A stretch of 64,000 nucleotides of DNA from positions 800,001-864,000 of the forward strand of contig CAVZJV010000014.1 of the NCBI GenBank assembly GCA_963775685.1. Direction: 5' to 3'. Shown piece after piece: positions 21,798-30,830 of the stretch (its first letter is position 1; each line of letters opens with the position of its first letter). Below the pieces are notes generated by a model. The model searched no databases. It was not told where the DNA came from and worked only from the letters and a program-made list of their open reading frames with translations. This DNA comes from Candidatus Bathyarchaeota archaeon. Its GTDB lineage: Archaea > Thermoproteota > Bathyarchaeia > Bathyarchaeales > Bathycorpusculaceae. The translations under genes and the position numbers were made by a program.

Positions 21798-21837
21798 AGT
21801 CGTGAAAAGTGCGCCTTAAAAGTGCTATTCACGACTA
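21798..21837 (-). promoter_or_regulatory. Inverted repeat in leader of PQQ gene
   Basis: agtcgtgaa...ttcacgact 9-bp perfect arms between TATA-like tttaaata (~21860) and SD aggag. Confidence 0.55.
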
Positions 21838-22281
21838 GTCATAATTTTATTGGATAATTTAAATAGTTTTCTACTAAAGGCCTTATCGAAAAAATCGTTG
21901 TGTCTGATACATGATAGATTTAATCAAGCATGAACAATGAAGTGTCGCTTTTTGGGTTGAACTGCCTCTCAAGCCAAAAAGAAAACGGTCATAGACATCT
22001 TTTGTGGTCAAGTGTTTTTTGATTTTTCCTCTTCGATTTTCTTGCTTTGTTTTCGCCCAATTCTTTTCTTTTTTGCTTGACTACTTCTTTCATATTGTTC
22101 GAACGGTTTGCTGAGGCTCGGGGGCAGGGGGAGAAAAGAACACAACGTAGTTGGGAATATTTCATCTTTGATTTTATCCAGAACCTTCTCAGCCTATTTT
22201 TCTTCTATTTTTTTCGTAACTAAAAAAGGGGAAAGATTGTTTTTGAACTCAGACTCTACGGTAGGTCAAGGTGACAAGAAA

Positions 22282-22524
22282 TTGGTAAATATTATTGAGG
22301 ACTGGGAGGTCCTTGCTGAGTATGCTGGAGAAAAACTGGGCTTTTACCAGCTCCTAAGCAACGATGGAATCATCGAAATTAGGGTACAAACGGTCAGGAT
22401 TGGATTCAAGAAAGAGTTTGATAAGGGCGACGACCCACTCCTGACAAAAATCTTGGGTTTCTGCAAGAAACGCCGCTTTATCCAAATCAGCGAAAACATG
22501 CGTGACGACCAATTCTTCAAGTAA
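22282..22524 (+). CDS. Small hypothetical protein upstream of integrase
   Basis: Likely TTG start after AGGTGA SD; MVNIIEDWEVL... Confidence 0.65.
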   Translation: MVNIIEDWEVLAEYAGEKLGFYQLLSNDGIIEIRVQTVRIGFKKEFDKGDDPLLTKILGFCKKRRFIQISENMRDDQFFK

Positions 22525-22538
22525 CGGTGGCAGAGAAC

Positions 22539-22742
22539 TTGAGGAAACGGCTGGATCGCAAGCGATGCGTAGTCTGTGGAAATCCTCCTGCAGGGCACAC
22601 AGGCTATGTCTAATATCAAAGCGGCATAACAAGACTGTACGCTCCATTTTGCAAAGATCACTTAAACAATGCGCCAGAGTATGCAAATCCTATCTTTGAA
22701 AACCAAGAGGCGGTGATCTGTTTAGGCAAATGTTTCCAGTAA
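22539..22742 (+). pseudogene. Small zinc-finger protein with internal stop
   Basis: RCVVCGNPP..GYV*YQ...PFCKDH (CxxC...CxxH). Confidence 0.55.
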
Positions 22743-22835
22743 CTTACCTGCAAGACGTTAAAGGCAAGCCGATTCTATTTTTTGACTCACACAAAATGGC
22801 AAAGGAAAACTAAACAGAGCTATAGGTGGGAGGGA

Positions 22836-23175
22836 ATGGCTGAGCTTACATCGAAACCTTCTCCAGACGTATTTGGCACTAAAGTCGGTTCCAATTCTTG
22901 TAAGTCAGAGTCTGCCCAAGACTCTGCCGGCACCAGCCCCCTATGCCCACAATGCAGCTCAAAAAGAGTTTGGCGAGCGGGTTTACGTTTTGACGAGTTG
23001 GCGAAAGATTCAACGTTGGTTATGTCGAGAATGTGGATTGAGATTTTCAGATCCAAACGATCTTTAAGGTCCAAAAAGAGCGGTTGAAGCTGTTGAATCG
23101 GTTGAAACGAAGTCATTAAAAACCTCTGTCGGCATAGTAACTAGTAGCCAAATATGCGTCACGGAGACGAAAATC
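22836..23175 (+). pseudogene. Frameshifted Zn-ribbon N-terminal extension of the integrase
   Basis: CPQCSSKRVWRAGLR and IQRWLCRECGLRFS lie in different frames; SD GGAGG before ATG 22836. Confidence 0.7.
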
Positions 23176-24120
23176 TTGGTAGCAGAACAACAAACAACTA
23201 AAGTTCTGCGAAGAAACGAAACTGGCGATTTCAAACAAAAAATCCTCGAATATGCGCTCTGGCTAAAAAACAGTGGGAAAAGCGAAGCAACCATATGCGG
23301 CAGAGTTAAACTGCTAAAAAGATTGATCAAAAGGGGCGCCAATCTCTACGATCCAGAGTCACTTAAGAAAACTATCGCAGAGCAGAAATGGGGCAACGGC
23401 ATGAAAAACAACGCCGTCGACGCCTATTCATCCTTCCTAAAAATGGCTGGAGGAGAATGGGAACCCCCACTATACAAAGTTGTCCGCAAGATACCTTTCA
23501 TACCTAAAGAAACAGAAATCGATCAATTAATCGCAGGCTCCAGCAAACGTATGGCAATATTCCTACAACTACTCAAAGAAACAGGCGCACGATGCGGAGA
23601 AATCTGGCAACTCAAATGGCTCGATATCGATTTAGAAAGTAAAGTCATAAACATTACACCTGAAAAGAACAGCACCCCAAGAGTAACCCACCTAAGCAAC
23701 AAGGCTATAGACATGCTCCAAACGCTGCCCAAAAACTACGGCGACAGAGTCTTCTCATTTCAACACATGCGAGTCGACAATTACGCTGTAAATTTCCAAC
23801 GTCAACGCCGAAAAGTAGCCAACAAAATAGGCAACCAAAGAATAATGCAAATCCACTTTCACACTCTAAGATATTGGAAAGGAACAATGCTCTACCACTC
23901 ACACAAAGACATGTACTATGTCATGCAACGATTAGGCCACAAAAACATCAAAAACACACTACTTTACGTCCAACTGGAAGAAGCTCTCTTTCAAGGCGAA
24001 TGCGAGTATATTTCTAAGGTTGCGAAAACAGCAAAGGAAATATGTGCTTTAATCGAGTCAGGATTCGAATACGTTACCGAATTTCACGGCGCTAAAATCT
24101 TTAAGAAAAGGAAACTTTAA
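23176..24120 (+). CDS. Tyrosine recombinase/integrase (catalytic core intact)
   Basis: TGARCGE, PEK, HTLR, LGHKNIKNTLLY; converges on tRNA 3' end. Confidence 0.93.
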   Translation: MVAEQQTTKVLRRNETGDFKQKILEYALWLKNSGKSEATICGRVKLLKRLIKRGANLYDPESLKKTIAEQKWGNGMKNNAVDAYSSFLKMAGGEWEPPLYKVVRKIPFIPKETEIDQLIAGSSKRMAIFLQLLKETGARCGEIWQLKWLDIDLESKVINITPEKNSTPRVTHLSNKAIDMLQTLPKNYGDRVFSFQHMRVDNYAVNFQRQRRKVANKIGNQRIMQIHFHTLRYWKGTMLYHSHKDMYYVMQRLGHKNIKNTLLYVQLEEALFQGECEYISKVAKTAKEICALIESGFEYVTEFHGAKIFKKRKL

Positions 24121-24178
24121 CATGAAAATTAGCCAAAAGTTTAAGCAACATCGCCAGGCGGGACCCCCTTACTATTTG

Positions 24179-24213
24179 ACCATAGTGGTGCAGGGGGTGG
24201 GATTTGAACCCAC
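24179..24213 (-). repeat. att site overlapping tRNA-Leu 3' end
   Basis: 34/35 identical to 642..676. Confidence 0.93.
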
Positions 24214-24273
24214 GAACCTCTGAAGGATAGGCTCCTGAAGCCTACGCCTTTGACCATGCTCGGCGACCCCTGC
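24186..24273 (-). tRNA. tRNA-Leu(CAG), long variable arm, CCA encoded
   Basis: GCAGGGG...CCCCTGC-A-CCA acceptor; TAGGC-TT-CAG-GA-GCCTA anticodon arm; GTTCAAATC T-loop. Confidence 0.96.
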
Positions 24274-24404
24274 ACAAAAGGGCTTCGCTGTTATCAAATT
24301 GCCTTTAATGATAAATACATTACCAAAGTCAAATGACATAGGCTTTAGTTGCCAAAGCTTAAATCGCAATAACGCAAAGGATAGCTATTCAGGGTGCAGG
24401 CTTT

Positions 24405-25004
24405 ATGGCGCTTAACTGGAAACAATGGAGCAAAAAAGACATAATCTATAGAATCATAATTCCAGTAATAGTTGTTTTAGCTATTGTAGGAATTTCCAAA
24501 ATCAGGTCGATAGTAGGATACAGCTCTGCGAGCGCCGGAATAGTAATTGGAATAATAATGGAACTCTTTGAACTAACTGTTATTGTCGCAGTTCCCTTAA
24601 TTCTCGGGTTAGTCTGGAACCAGTGGGCAGGAGGCGCCTCAGGCTTTTTGATGGGTAGTCTCTACGCGTTTTACTGGTCAAGCAGCTTTCATGGCGCCGC
24701 AGGTTCGGGCACAGTTCTGTTAGCATATGTTCTTAGTGCTATGTTGATTGGCTACATTGCAGGCGCCCTAAACAAGGGCTCCCAAGATTTCAGAAGAATG
24801 ATAATTTCAGGAGTAACTGCAACCGTTATCGGAGGAGCAATGCTTTTTTGGATTTTCCTGCTTTCGCCAGCTAACGTAGTCACGGGAATAGATGGCTTGT
24901 TGTTTACCCTATTACCCCGCCTTGCATGTGGCGCCTTAATCCCAATTGTTGCAAAAGTGTTATTTTGGTATGGGATGGGCATGATTAAAAAAACAAATCA
25001 ATAA
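24405..25004 (+). CDS. Multi-pass membrane protein (ECF S-component-like?)
   Basis: About 6 TM, WAGGASGFLMG, LIGYIAG. Confidence 0.7.
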   Translation: MALNWKQWSKKDIIYRIIIPVIVVLAIVGISKIRSIVGYSSASAGIVIGIIMELFELTVIVAVPLILGLVWNQWAGGASGFLMGSLYAFYWSSSFHGAAGSGTVLLAYVLSAMLIGYIAGALNKGSQDFRRMIISGVTATVIGGAMLFWIFLLSPANVVTGIDGLLFTLLPRLACGALIPIVAKVLFWYGMGMIKKTNQ

Positions 25005-25191
25005 CTTCATTTACTTGTTGTTATCTTCGATAGATTATGATTTTTGTGAGGAAAAAACTACATAAGCAAAAAATAAAGATAATATAAAATGAAAGTCCCT
25101 TAGAAAAAGTGAGTCTTACCTAAATTCGAAAATGTGATGCACTATTTTCGGTTTAAGGCTGACGCGATAACATGAAACCTTGGATAACAGG

Positions 25192-25593
25192 TTATGTTCC
25201 TGTTTGTTGAGCTATGAGTTCTTGTACTTTTCTTTCGATGTCGTCTCTGATTGCTCGTACTTTATCGATGGGTTTGCCTTTAGGGTCTTCAAGTGCCCAG
25301 TCAATTGTAGGTTTAAAGAATGGTCCGGGACAGACGTCTTGATCGTTGCATCCCATTGTAACAATTAAATCTTGGTCTATCGCCATCTTTGCCGATATCA
25401 ATTTTGGCTTGTTGCCAGAAATGTCTATACCTTTTTCCTTCATAACCTCAACAACAACTGGGTTCACATGTTCGGAAGGTTTGTTGCCTGCGCTGGAAGC
25501 CACGAACTTGTCGGCACCGTACTTTTTGGCGAACGCCTCTGCCATCTGGCTTCGGCCCGCGTTCTCAACACAGACAAACAAAATTTTCTTCAA
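25192..25593 (-). CDS. arsC: Arsenate reductase, thioredoxin-coupled LMW-PTP type
   Basis: CVENAGRSQMAEA, TMGC...CP, DWALEDPKG. Confidence 0.92.
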   Translation of the reverse strand: MKKILFVCVENAGRSQMAEAFAKKYGADKFVASSAGNKPSEHVNPVVVEVMKEKGIDISGNKPKLISAKMAIDQDLIVTMGCNDQDVCPGPFFKPTIDWALEDPKGKPIDKVRAIRDDIERKVQELIAQQTGT

Positions 25594-25609
25594 ATTTCCC
25601 AGCCTCTAG

Positions 25610-25900
25610 TTATGACAATGCAGCTTCCTGCAGCTTTTCAATAGTCTTTCGGGTTTCCTCCTCTGAGGGATGAGATATTGCGCCAGCAGGACAGATGTCT
25701 TCACAACCCCGGCAGAAAACGACGCATCTGTTGGGGTTTACTAATGTTAGTTTTTTGCCCTCTACCTCTTTAAGCTTGAATGTGCCCATGTGGCAGAAGT
25801 CAACGCATTTTCCGCAAGCAACACATTTTTCGTAGTCTATTTTTGGGTCCCAAGGTATTTTTTCTCTGGGGATTCCTTCGTATGTATCTTCTTCTGACAT
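25610..25900 (-). CDS. 4Fe-4S ferredoxin-family protein
   Basis: CVACGKCVDFC and CVVFCRGCEDICP. Confidence 0.88.
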   Translation of the reverse strand: MSEEDTYEGIPREKIPWDPKIDYEKCVACGKCVDFCHMGTFKLKEVEGKKLTLVNPNRCVVFCRGCEDICPAGAISHPSEEETRKTIEKLQEAALS

Positions 25901-25916
25901 TCGAAATCACCTTTGT

Positions 25917-26249
25917 TTATGTTGTCCAAAACGAGTAAACTTCCAAGTTTGGGAACTGCTCTTTAAGATAAGCTTTAACTTCGTCTTCGTCGAGGTTTGG
26001 GATTCCGTTTTTATCTTTGTGGAGAGGGATTTTTGTTTCTCTGAGGGCGTCACCTTTTGGGAAGTCGTAGAAGATGAAGTAGCGTTTGTCGTGGAGCATT
26101 ATTATTTTAAGCGTAGAGAGTTCTTTGTTTTTTGAGAAACCGTTTTGTTCGAGGATGAACACTATTGAGAGGGGCTTGTTTTCATTAACTGCTTGTTTGA
26201 ATTCTTTCCAGCTTCTGAGGTGGATGTGGCCTTCTGTCAATTTTGTCAC
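25917..26249 (-). CDS. Hypothetical protein
   Basis: 110-aa ORF co-oriented and closely spaced with ferredoxin/arsC. Confidence 0.7.
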   Translation of the reverse strand: MTKLTEGHIHLRSWKEFKQAVNENKPLSIVFILEQNGFSKNKELSTLKIIMLHDKRYFIFYDFPKGDALRETKIPLHKDKNGIPNLDEDEVKAYLKEQFPNLEVYSFWTT

Positions 26250-26289
26250 TTGGTGTTTTGGATGATGTTAAATAACAAGCGTTAATGTA

Positions 26290-26303
26290 AATATTTAAAT
26301 ATT
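26290..26303. promoter_or_regulatory. Palindrome in divergent ars promoter (candidate ArsR operator)
   Basis: aatatttaaatatt perfect 14-bp palindrome; AT-rich so may be chance. Confidence 0.4.
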
Positions 26304-26325
26304 GTTATATACATTTTTTGCTACC

Positions 26326-26676
26326 ATGACCCCGCCAACAGCACCACAACAAAGATTTAAAGCCCAAGTCTTCCATGCCCTCTCCGACTCCAACAGACTC
26401 GAAATACTCGAATTCCTACGCGATGGAGAAAAATGCGTCTGCGAAATAGTTCCACACCTTAGCTTAATCCAACCAGTCGTTTCCCGCCACCTAAAAATCC
26501 TCAAAGATATAGGAGCAATCAGGTGCAGAAAGGACGGAACTAAAAGAATGTACTTCATAATTGATCCACGAATCCATCATGTTGTTGACGCTCTAACTCC
26601 TGGACTCATCATAATTCTACAGAAAGAAGTTATTGAACAGATGAGTTGTATCCCTTTCAGAACAGGAAAAATTTGA
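26326..26676 (+). CDS. arsR: ArsR/SmtB metalloregulator
   Basis: FHALSDSNRLEIL, EKCVCEI, QPVVSRHLKIL. Confidence 0.92.
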   Translation: MTPPTAPQQRFKAQVFHALSDSNRLEILEFLRDGEKCVCEIVPHLSLIQPVVSRHLKILKDIGAIRCRKDGTKRMYFIIDPRIHHVVDALTPGLIIILQKEVIEQMSCIPFRTGKI

Positions 26677-26803
26677 TGAAGTTATTTGATGCCTTGTGAA
26701 GACGAAAACAAATCTTGGGCTGGATAAGCAATACTTGAAGTAAAATCAAGGATAAAAAAAGGGTCACTTAACCCTCAAATTAAAAGCAATGAGTTGAAAA
26801 AAT

Positions 26804-27565
26804 ATGAGCAATAAAGACATAAAAAAAATTGTAAAGACAAATTATTCAAAAATAGCCACTAATACCAACTCGTGTTGCTGCTCATGTGGCTGCGGTAGCG
26901 CTGATGAGCAAACAATAAAAGAAATATCAAAAAACATCGGGTACTCAGAAGAAGAAATAAATTCTTTTCCCGAAGCCAACCTTGGTTTAGGCTGTGGTAA
27001 CCCAACTGCATTTAGTAGTATCAAAAAAGGAGATACGGTCCTTGATCTTGGAAGTGGTGCAGGTTTTGACTGTTTTTTGGCATCAAGAAAAGTCGGAAAA
27101 ATAGGCAAAGTCATCGGCTTAGATATGACTGAAGAGATGGTAGCAAAAGCAAGAAAAATAGCCAAACAACAAGAGTACGCAAACGTCGAATTTAAGCTGG
27201 GCGACATCGAGCAAATGCCTCTTGACGACAGCTCCGTTGATGTCATTATCAGCAATTGCGTTATTAATCTAGCACCCGATAAGTCAAAGGTATTCAAAGA
27301 AGCATACCGCGTACTCAAAAACGGCGGCAAAATGTATGTCTCTGACATTGTTCTACTAGGAAAACTAACTGACGAGCAACTAAATGATGATGAATTGATT
27401 TCAGGTTGCGTTGCTGGCGCTTTGCAAAAAGTTGATTACTTAAGCAAGATACAACAGGCTGGCTTCAAGGTAAAAATTGTCAACGAAGACAAGGAAATCA
27501 GCAAGACACAGTACAACGGAATTGCCCTTGAAAGCTTAAAGGTTGAAGCAACAAAACAAGATTGA
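26804..27565 (+). CDS. arsM: Arsenite S-adenosylmethionine methyltransferase
   Basis: SCCC, LGLGCGNP, LDLGSGAGFDCF, ISNCVINL, GCVAGA. Confidence 0.93.
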   Translation: MSNKDIKKIVKTNYSKIATNTNSCCCSCGCGSADEQTIKEISKNIGYSEEEINSFPEANLGLGCGNPTAFSSIKKGDTVLDLGSGAGFDCFLASRKVGKIGKVIGLDMTEEMVAKARKIAKQQEYANVEFKLGDIEQMPLDDSSVDVIISNCVINLAPDKSKVFKEAYRVLKNGGKMYVSDIVLLGKLTDEQLNDDELISGCVAGALQKVDYLSKIQQAGFKVKIVNEDKEISKTQYNGIALESLKVEATKQD

Positions 27566-27575
27566 AGGTGCTAAT

Positions 27576-28868
27576 GTGAAAAAATACCCAGTTATCGTCT
27601 TGTTTCTGGCAATTTTGCTTTTTCCCTTTTTCATAGAGGTGAACGCAACGTCACCTTCCTCCGATGACTGGCCTATGTTTCGACATGACTTGACTAACAG
27701 CGGCTACACATCTACAACACCTGCAACATCCAACAATTTGCTATGGAAATTTGAAACTGCAACCCCTGCAGGCGCTTCAGGCACAATAGTTGAGGGTCAT
27801 CTTTACATATCATCTAACGATGGCATAGTCTATTGTCTCAACGCACTAGACGGATCTCAGATATGGAGTTATACTCTATCAAATAGAGCGGCAATAAGTT
27901 CTTCCATTGCGATTGTAGATGACTATGCATATTTTGGAAGCTACAACGGGAATGTTTACTGTTTAGATACCTCATCAGGAAAAGAGATCTGGTCTTATCC
28001 TACTGGAAATAGTGTTGAATCCTCGCCAGCGGTCGCCGATGGATATGTCTATGTGGGCTCCTGGGATGGAAACCTCTATTGTTTGGATGCTTCAACTGGA
28101 AACAAAATATGGAATTACACAACGGGAAATCTTGTAGAATCCTCGCCAGCGGTAACGAATGGTCACGTCTTCATCGGAGCGGTAGACATGAATGTTTACT
28201 GTTTTGATGCGTTAACCGGTGAAAAAACATGGAGTTACCAGACTGGACAATTGATAATGTCTTCGCCTGCGGTTGTTGACGGTCGAGTCTACATAGGTTC
28301 TGAAGACAATAACCTATACTGTCTGGACACGTCAAATGGAGCAGTTCTTTGGAAGTTCACAACCCAAGGTTGGGTTGACTCGTCTCCAGCAGTTGCCAAC
28401 GGATACGTTTACGTTGGAACTGGAGAAACTGACAAGAACATTTACTGCATCAACGCGACAAACGGCAACAAAGTTTGGAATTACACCGCTAACGATGGCA
28501 TAACTTCAGCTCTAGCAATAGCGGGCAACTACGTTTATGCTTCTGCTTGGAACGGCGATATTTACTGCCTTAGCGCTTTAACAGGCGAAAGCGTTTGGAC
28601 CAAGACAACTGAGGGACATGTAAGTTCTTCTCCCATAGTCTGGAACGGATGCGTTTTTTACAGTTCATGGGATCACAATTTCTATGCTTTAGGCACGTTG
28701 CAAAGAAATGATGAACCGTCAACTGGCAATACGTTAACGTTTGCAGCAATAGCAACAGTTGTGTTATTAATCATCGCTGCCGCTGTAATTGTCGCTTTGC
28801 GAAAGAAAATGCTATTCAAGAATCAAAAAAACAACATTAATAATTCAACTCTACCTGCCTTTTTATAG
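27576..28868 (+). CDS. PQQ/BamB-like beta-propeller repeat protein, membrane anchored
   Basis: DWPMFRHD; repeated SSPAV..G.VY.GS.D...YCL.A.TG..W; C-terminal TM. Confidence 0.92.
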   Translation: MKKYPVIVLFLAILLFPFFIEVNATSPSSDDWPMFRHDLTNSGYTSTTPATSNNLLWKFETATPAGASGTIVEGHLYISSNDGIVYCLNALDGSQIWSYTLSNRAAISSSIAIVDDYAYFGSYNGNVYCLDTSSGKEIWSYPTGNSVESSPAVADGYVYVGSWDGNLYCLDASTGNKIWNYTTGNLVESSPAVTNGHVFIGAVDMNVYCFDALTGEKTWSYQTGQLIMSSPAVVDGRVYIGSEDNNLYCLDTSNGAVLWKFTTQGWVDSSPAVANGYVYVGTGETDKNIYCINATNGNKVWNYTANDGITSALAIAGNYVYASAWNGDIYCLSALTGESVWTKTTEGHVSSSPIVWNGCVFYSSWDHNFYALGTLQRNDEPSTGNTLTFAAIATVVLLIIAAAVIVALRKKMLFKNQKNNINNSTLPAFL

Positions 28869-29052
28869 TACTAACTGGCTTTTTCAGTAAGTTCCATATA
28901 CCAGTTAGGTCAGTCGCTGAAAATTTTTCTTTAAAGAGGTTTGCTAATTTAGGTTTTCAACAGTTGTAGAAGGCGCTAAAACGGTGCTTTTCCAATAAAT
29001 TACACATTAAAAAACTAAAAGTATATAAGGAGATGATTGAGCTTTATGCAAG

Positions 29053-29174
29053 TGTCTGCCGGTCAAAGGGCACGGGTTCCACCTGATCCCATTCCGAACT
29101 CAGAAGTTAAACCGTGTTCCGTTTCCAGCTGTAGTGTGGTCTTAGGCCACGTGAACCTGGGAAAGCTGGCAACA
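29053..29174 (+). rRNA. rrf: 5S rRNA (stand-alone)
   Basis: cacctgatcccattccgaactcagaagttaa core; tgccggt/gctggca terminal stem; TATA gtatataa at ~29021; ends approximate. Confidence 0.93.
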
Positions 29175-29266
29175 TTCATTATCATTTTAAATGCAATTTT
29201 AAGCGAGATTTAGCATAGCTTTATAGGTAACCGAGAACAGTTTTTGAAAGACGTGGTGTTAGTAAA

Positions 29267-30376
29267 GTGAGTCTTATTCCCGGAAGCGATTCAATTACAC
29301 AGATAATCAGCTTGCTATCGTATGTGTTCTTTATAGTTCTGATCTTTTACGGTCAACGTATCCAAATGTACGTTATGATCCGTGAAGTCGAGAACAGTCT
29401 GCACAAGCTGAGGCACATAAAAGAGGAAGGCAGAAAAACGGCCATCGAAACTCTTAAAGAGATCGGTAAGCCAACTGCAGATCCGTCTGCACGCGTAGAC
29501 CGATACCTCGACTACTTCACCATAGGACCCCAAAATATGGATCCAGCAGGCATCGTCTACAAACTCGACCATGTCCTAGACGTCCGAGATGAACGCCTAA
29601 AAGAAGAAGTTAAACTTATGGCACCCGCTGTCCAAAACGACGATGTCCAAATCAACAACCTCGAAAACACCCTCGAAGCTGCGATGGCACTGAACTTCAT
29701 CTACAAAGTTATTCGCCACTACTATATCCAAGGCAAAAAGACGCTCAGTCTCTATGTCATCATGCAGATTCAAATGATCCTGCCCATGGTCATGAAAGAA
29801 GCCGATGCGTACTCAAGCGCACTCAAAGCCTTCGCATACGGTCAACCAATTGGCGACGGCGCAGGACCTCTGGTTGCAGGAAAACTCATGCACGGATACG
29901 AAATCCGCAAGCTACCTAAAGACTGCGTGATGGCGACTGTTCCAATCGAAGAACGGGTTGGATTAATAATTAAAGCGGAAGGTCCTGGCGGCAATGTCGG
30001 CAAACCAGGCGACGCCGTAGTAACAGTTATCGAGGAAAACGAAGGCAAAATCGGCTGCCTAATCATGATTGACGCAGGCTTAAAGCTTGAAGGCGAACTC
30101 GTCGGCGAAGTCTCCGAAGGCATTGGTGCAGCCATTGGCGGACCAGGTGTAGATGCATTCAAAATAGAAGAAAAACTAACCAAATACAAGATACCCAACT
30201 ACGCCGTAATAGTCAAAGAAGATATTGGTGACGCCGTTTCACCCATGCGCAAAGAAATCCATGAGGCAACCGACAAAGTCATCGAACGTGTGAAAACAGT
30301 TATAGTTGAGCGCACAAAGGTTGGCGATAAAGTCATTATAGTCGGAGTTGGCAATTCTATCGGAGTGGGGCAATAA
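29267..30376 (+). CDS. DUF1512 family protein
   Basis: MDPAGIV, PIGDGAGPLVA, KAEGPGGNVGKPG, IDAGLKLEGE, VGVGNSIGVGQ. Confidence 0.88.
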   Translation: MSLIPGSDSITQIISLLSYVFFIVLIFYGQRIQMYVMIREVENSLHKLRHIKEEGRKTAIETLKEIGKPTADPSARVDRYLDYFTIGPQNMDPAGIVYKLDHVLDVRDERLKEEVKLMAPAVQNDDVQINNLENTLEAAMALNFIYKVIRHYYIQGKKTLSLYVIMQIQMILPMVMKEADAYSSALKAFAYGQPIGDGAGPLVAGKLMHGYEIRKLPKDCVMATVPIEERVGLIIKAEGPGGNVGKPGDAVVTVIEENEGKIGCLIMIDAGLKLEGELVGEVSEGIGAAIGGPGVDAFKIEEKLTKYKIPNYAVIVKEDIGDAVSPMRKEIHEATDKVIERVKTVIVERTKVGDKVIIVGVGNSIGVGQ

Positions 30377-30813
30377 TGAGGATTAAACGTATGACCCAAA
30401 ACCAAACTCGATCTGCATCTGCAAACAAGAAAATCTCAACTTATCTCACCATGATAGTTTTGATTGTCATGGCTCTTGCCGTAACTGCTCTGTTGATTGC
30501 AGGCGAAACCTACTTGGCAGGCGACCTGTGGGCTGCGGGTGCCCTTGCTGGTATCGGCTCAATCGCTCTAGTACTCTCCGTGTTTTTGCTCTACCAGTCC
30601 AAACTGCAATCTGCACAAGTAAAAATTGAAGTGCCAAAGGTCATGACCACAATCGAGTGCAAGTGTGGCGAAAAAACTGTACGCGAATTCCAGCGTGGCG
30701 ACTATGTCTACAAAGATTTGGATGTTCCATGCCAAAAATGCCCAACAACACGCCAAATGATAACTGCTATCTACAAAGAAGTCAAAGAAAAGGAAAAAAC
30801 CTACAACGTCTAA
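30376..30813 (+). CDS. 2TM + Zn-ribbon protein
   Basis: TIECKCG..VREFQRGDYV...CQKC...ITAIY. Confidence 0.8.
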   Translation: MRIKRMTQNQTRSASANKKISTYLTMIVLIVMALAVTALLIAGETYLAGDLWAAGALAGIGSIALVLSVFLLYQSKLQSAQVKIEVPKVMTTIECKCGEKTVREFQRGDYVYKDLDVPCQKCPTTRQMITAIYKEVKEKEKTYNV

Positions 30814-30830
30814 ACGAAGAAGTTTAACCT

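Larger units (their letters stand above)
642..24213. mobile_element. ~23.5-kb genomic island integrated at tRNA-Leu(CAG) 3' end
   Basis: 35-bp direct repeats at both ends, tyrosine integrase adjacent to tRNA, many MGE relics and pseudogenes inside. Confidence 0.88.

Noticed and set aside
24172-24369. 65-aa ORF
   Set aside because: Overlaps tRNA-Leu
27780-28690. Regularly spaced ~120-bp repeats suggesting an array
   Set aside because: Coding beta-propeller blades, not CRISPR; no CRISPR array seen anywhere in the window
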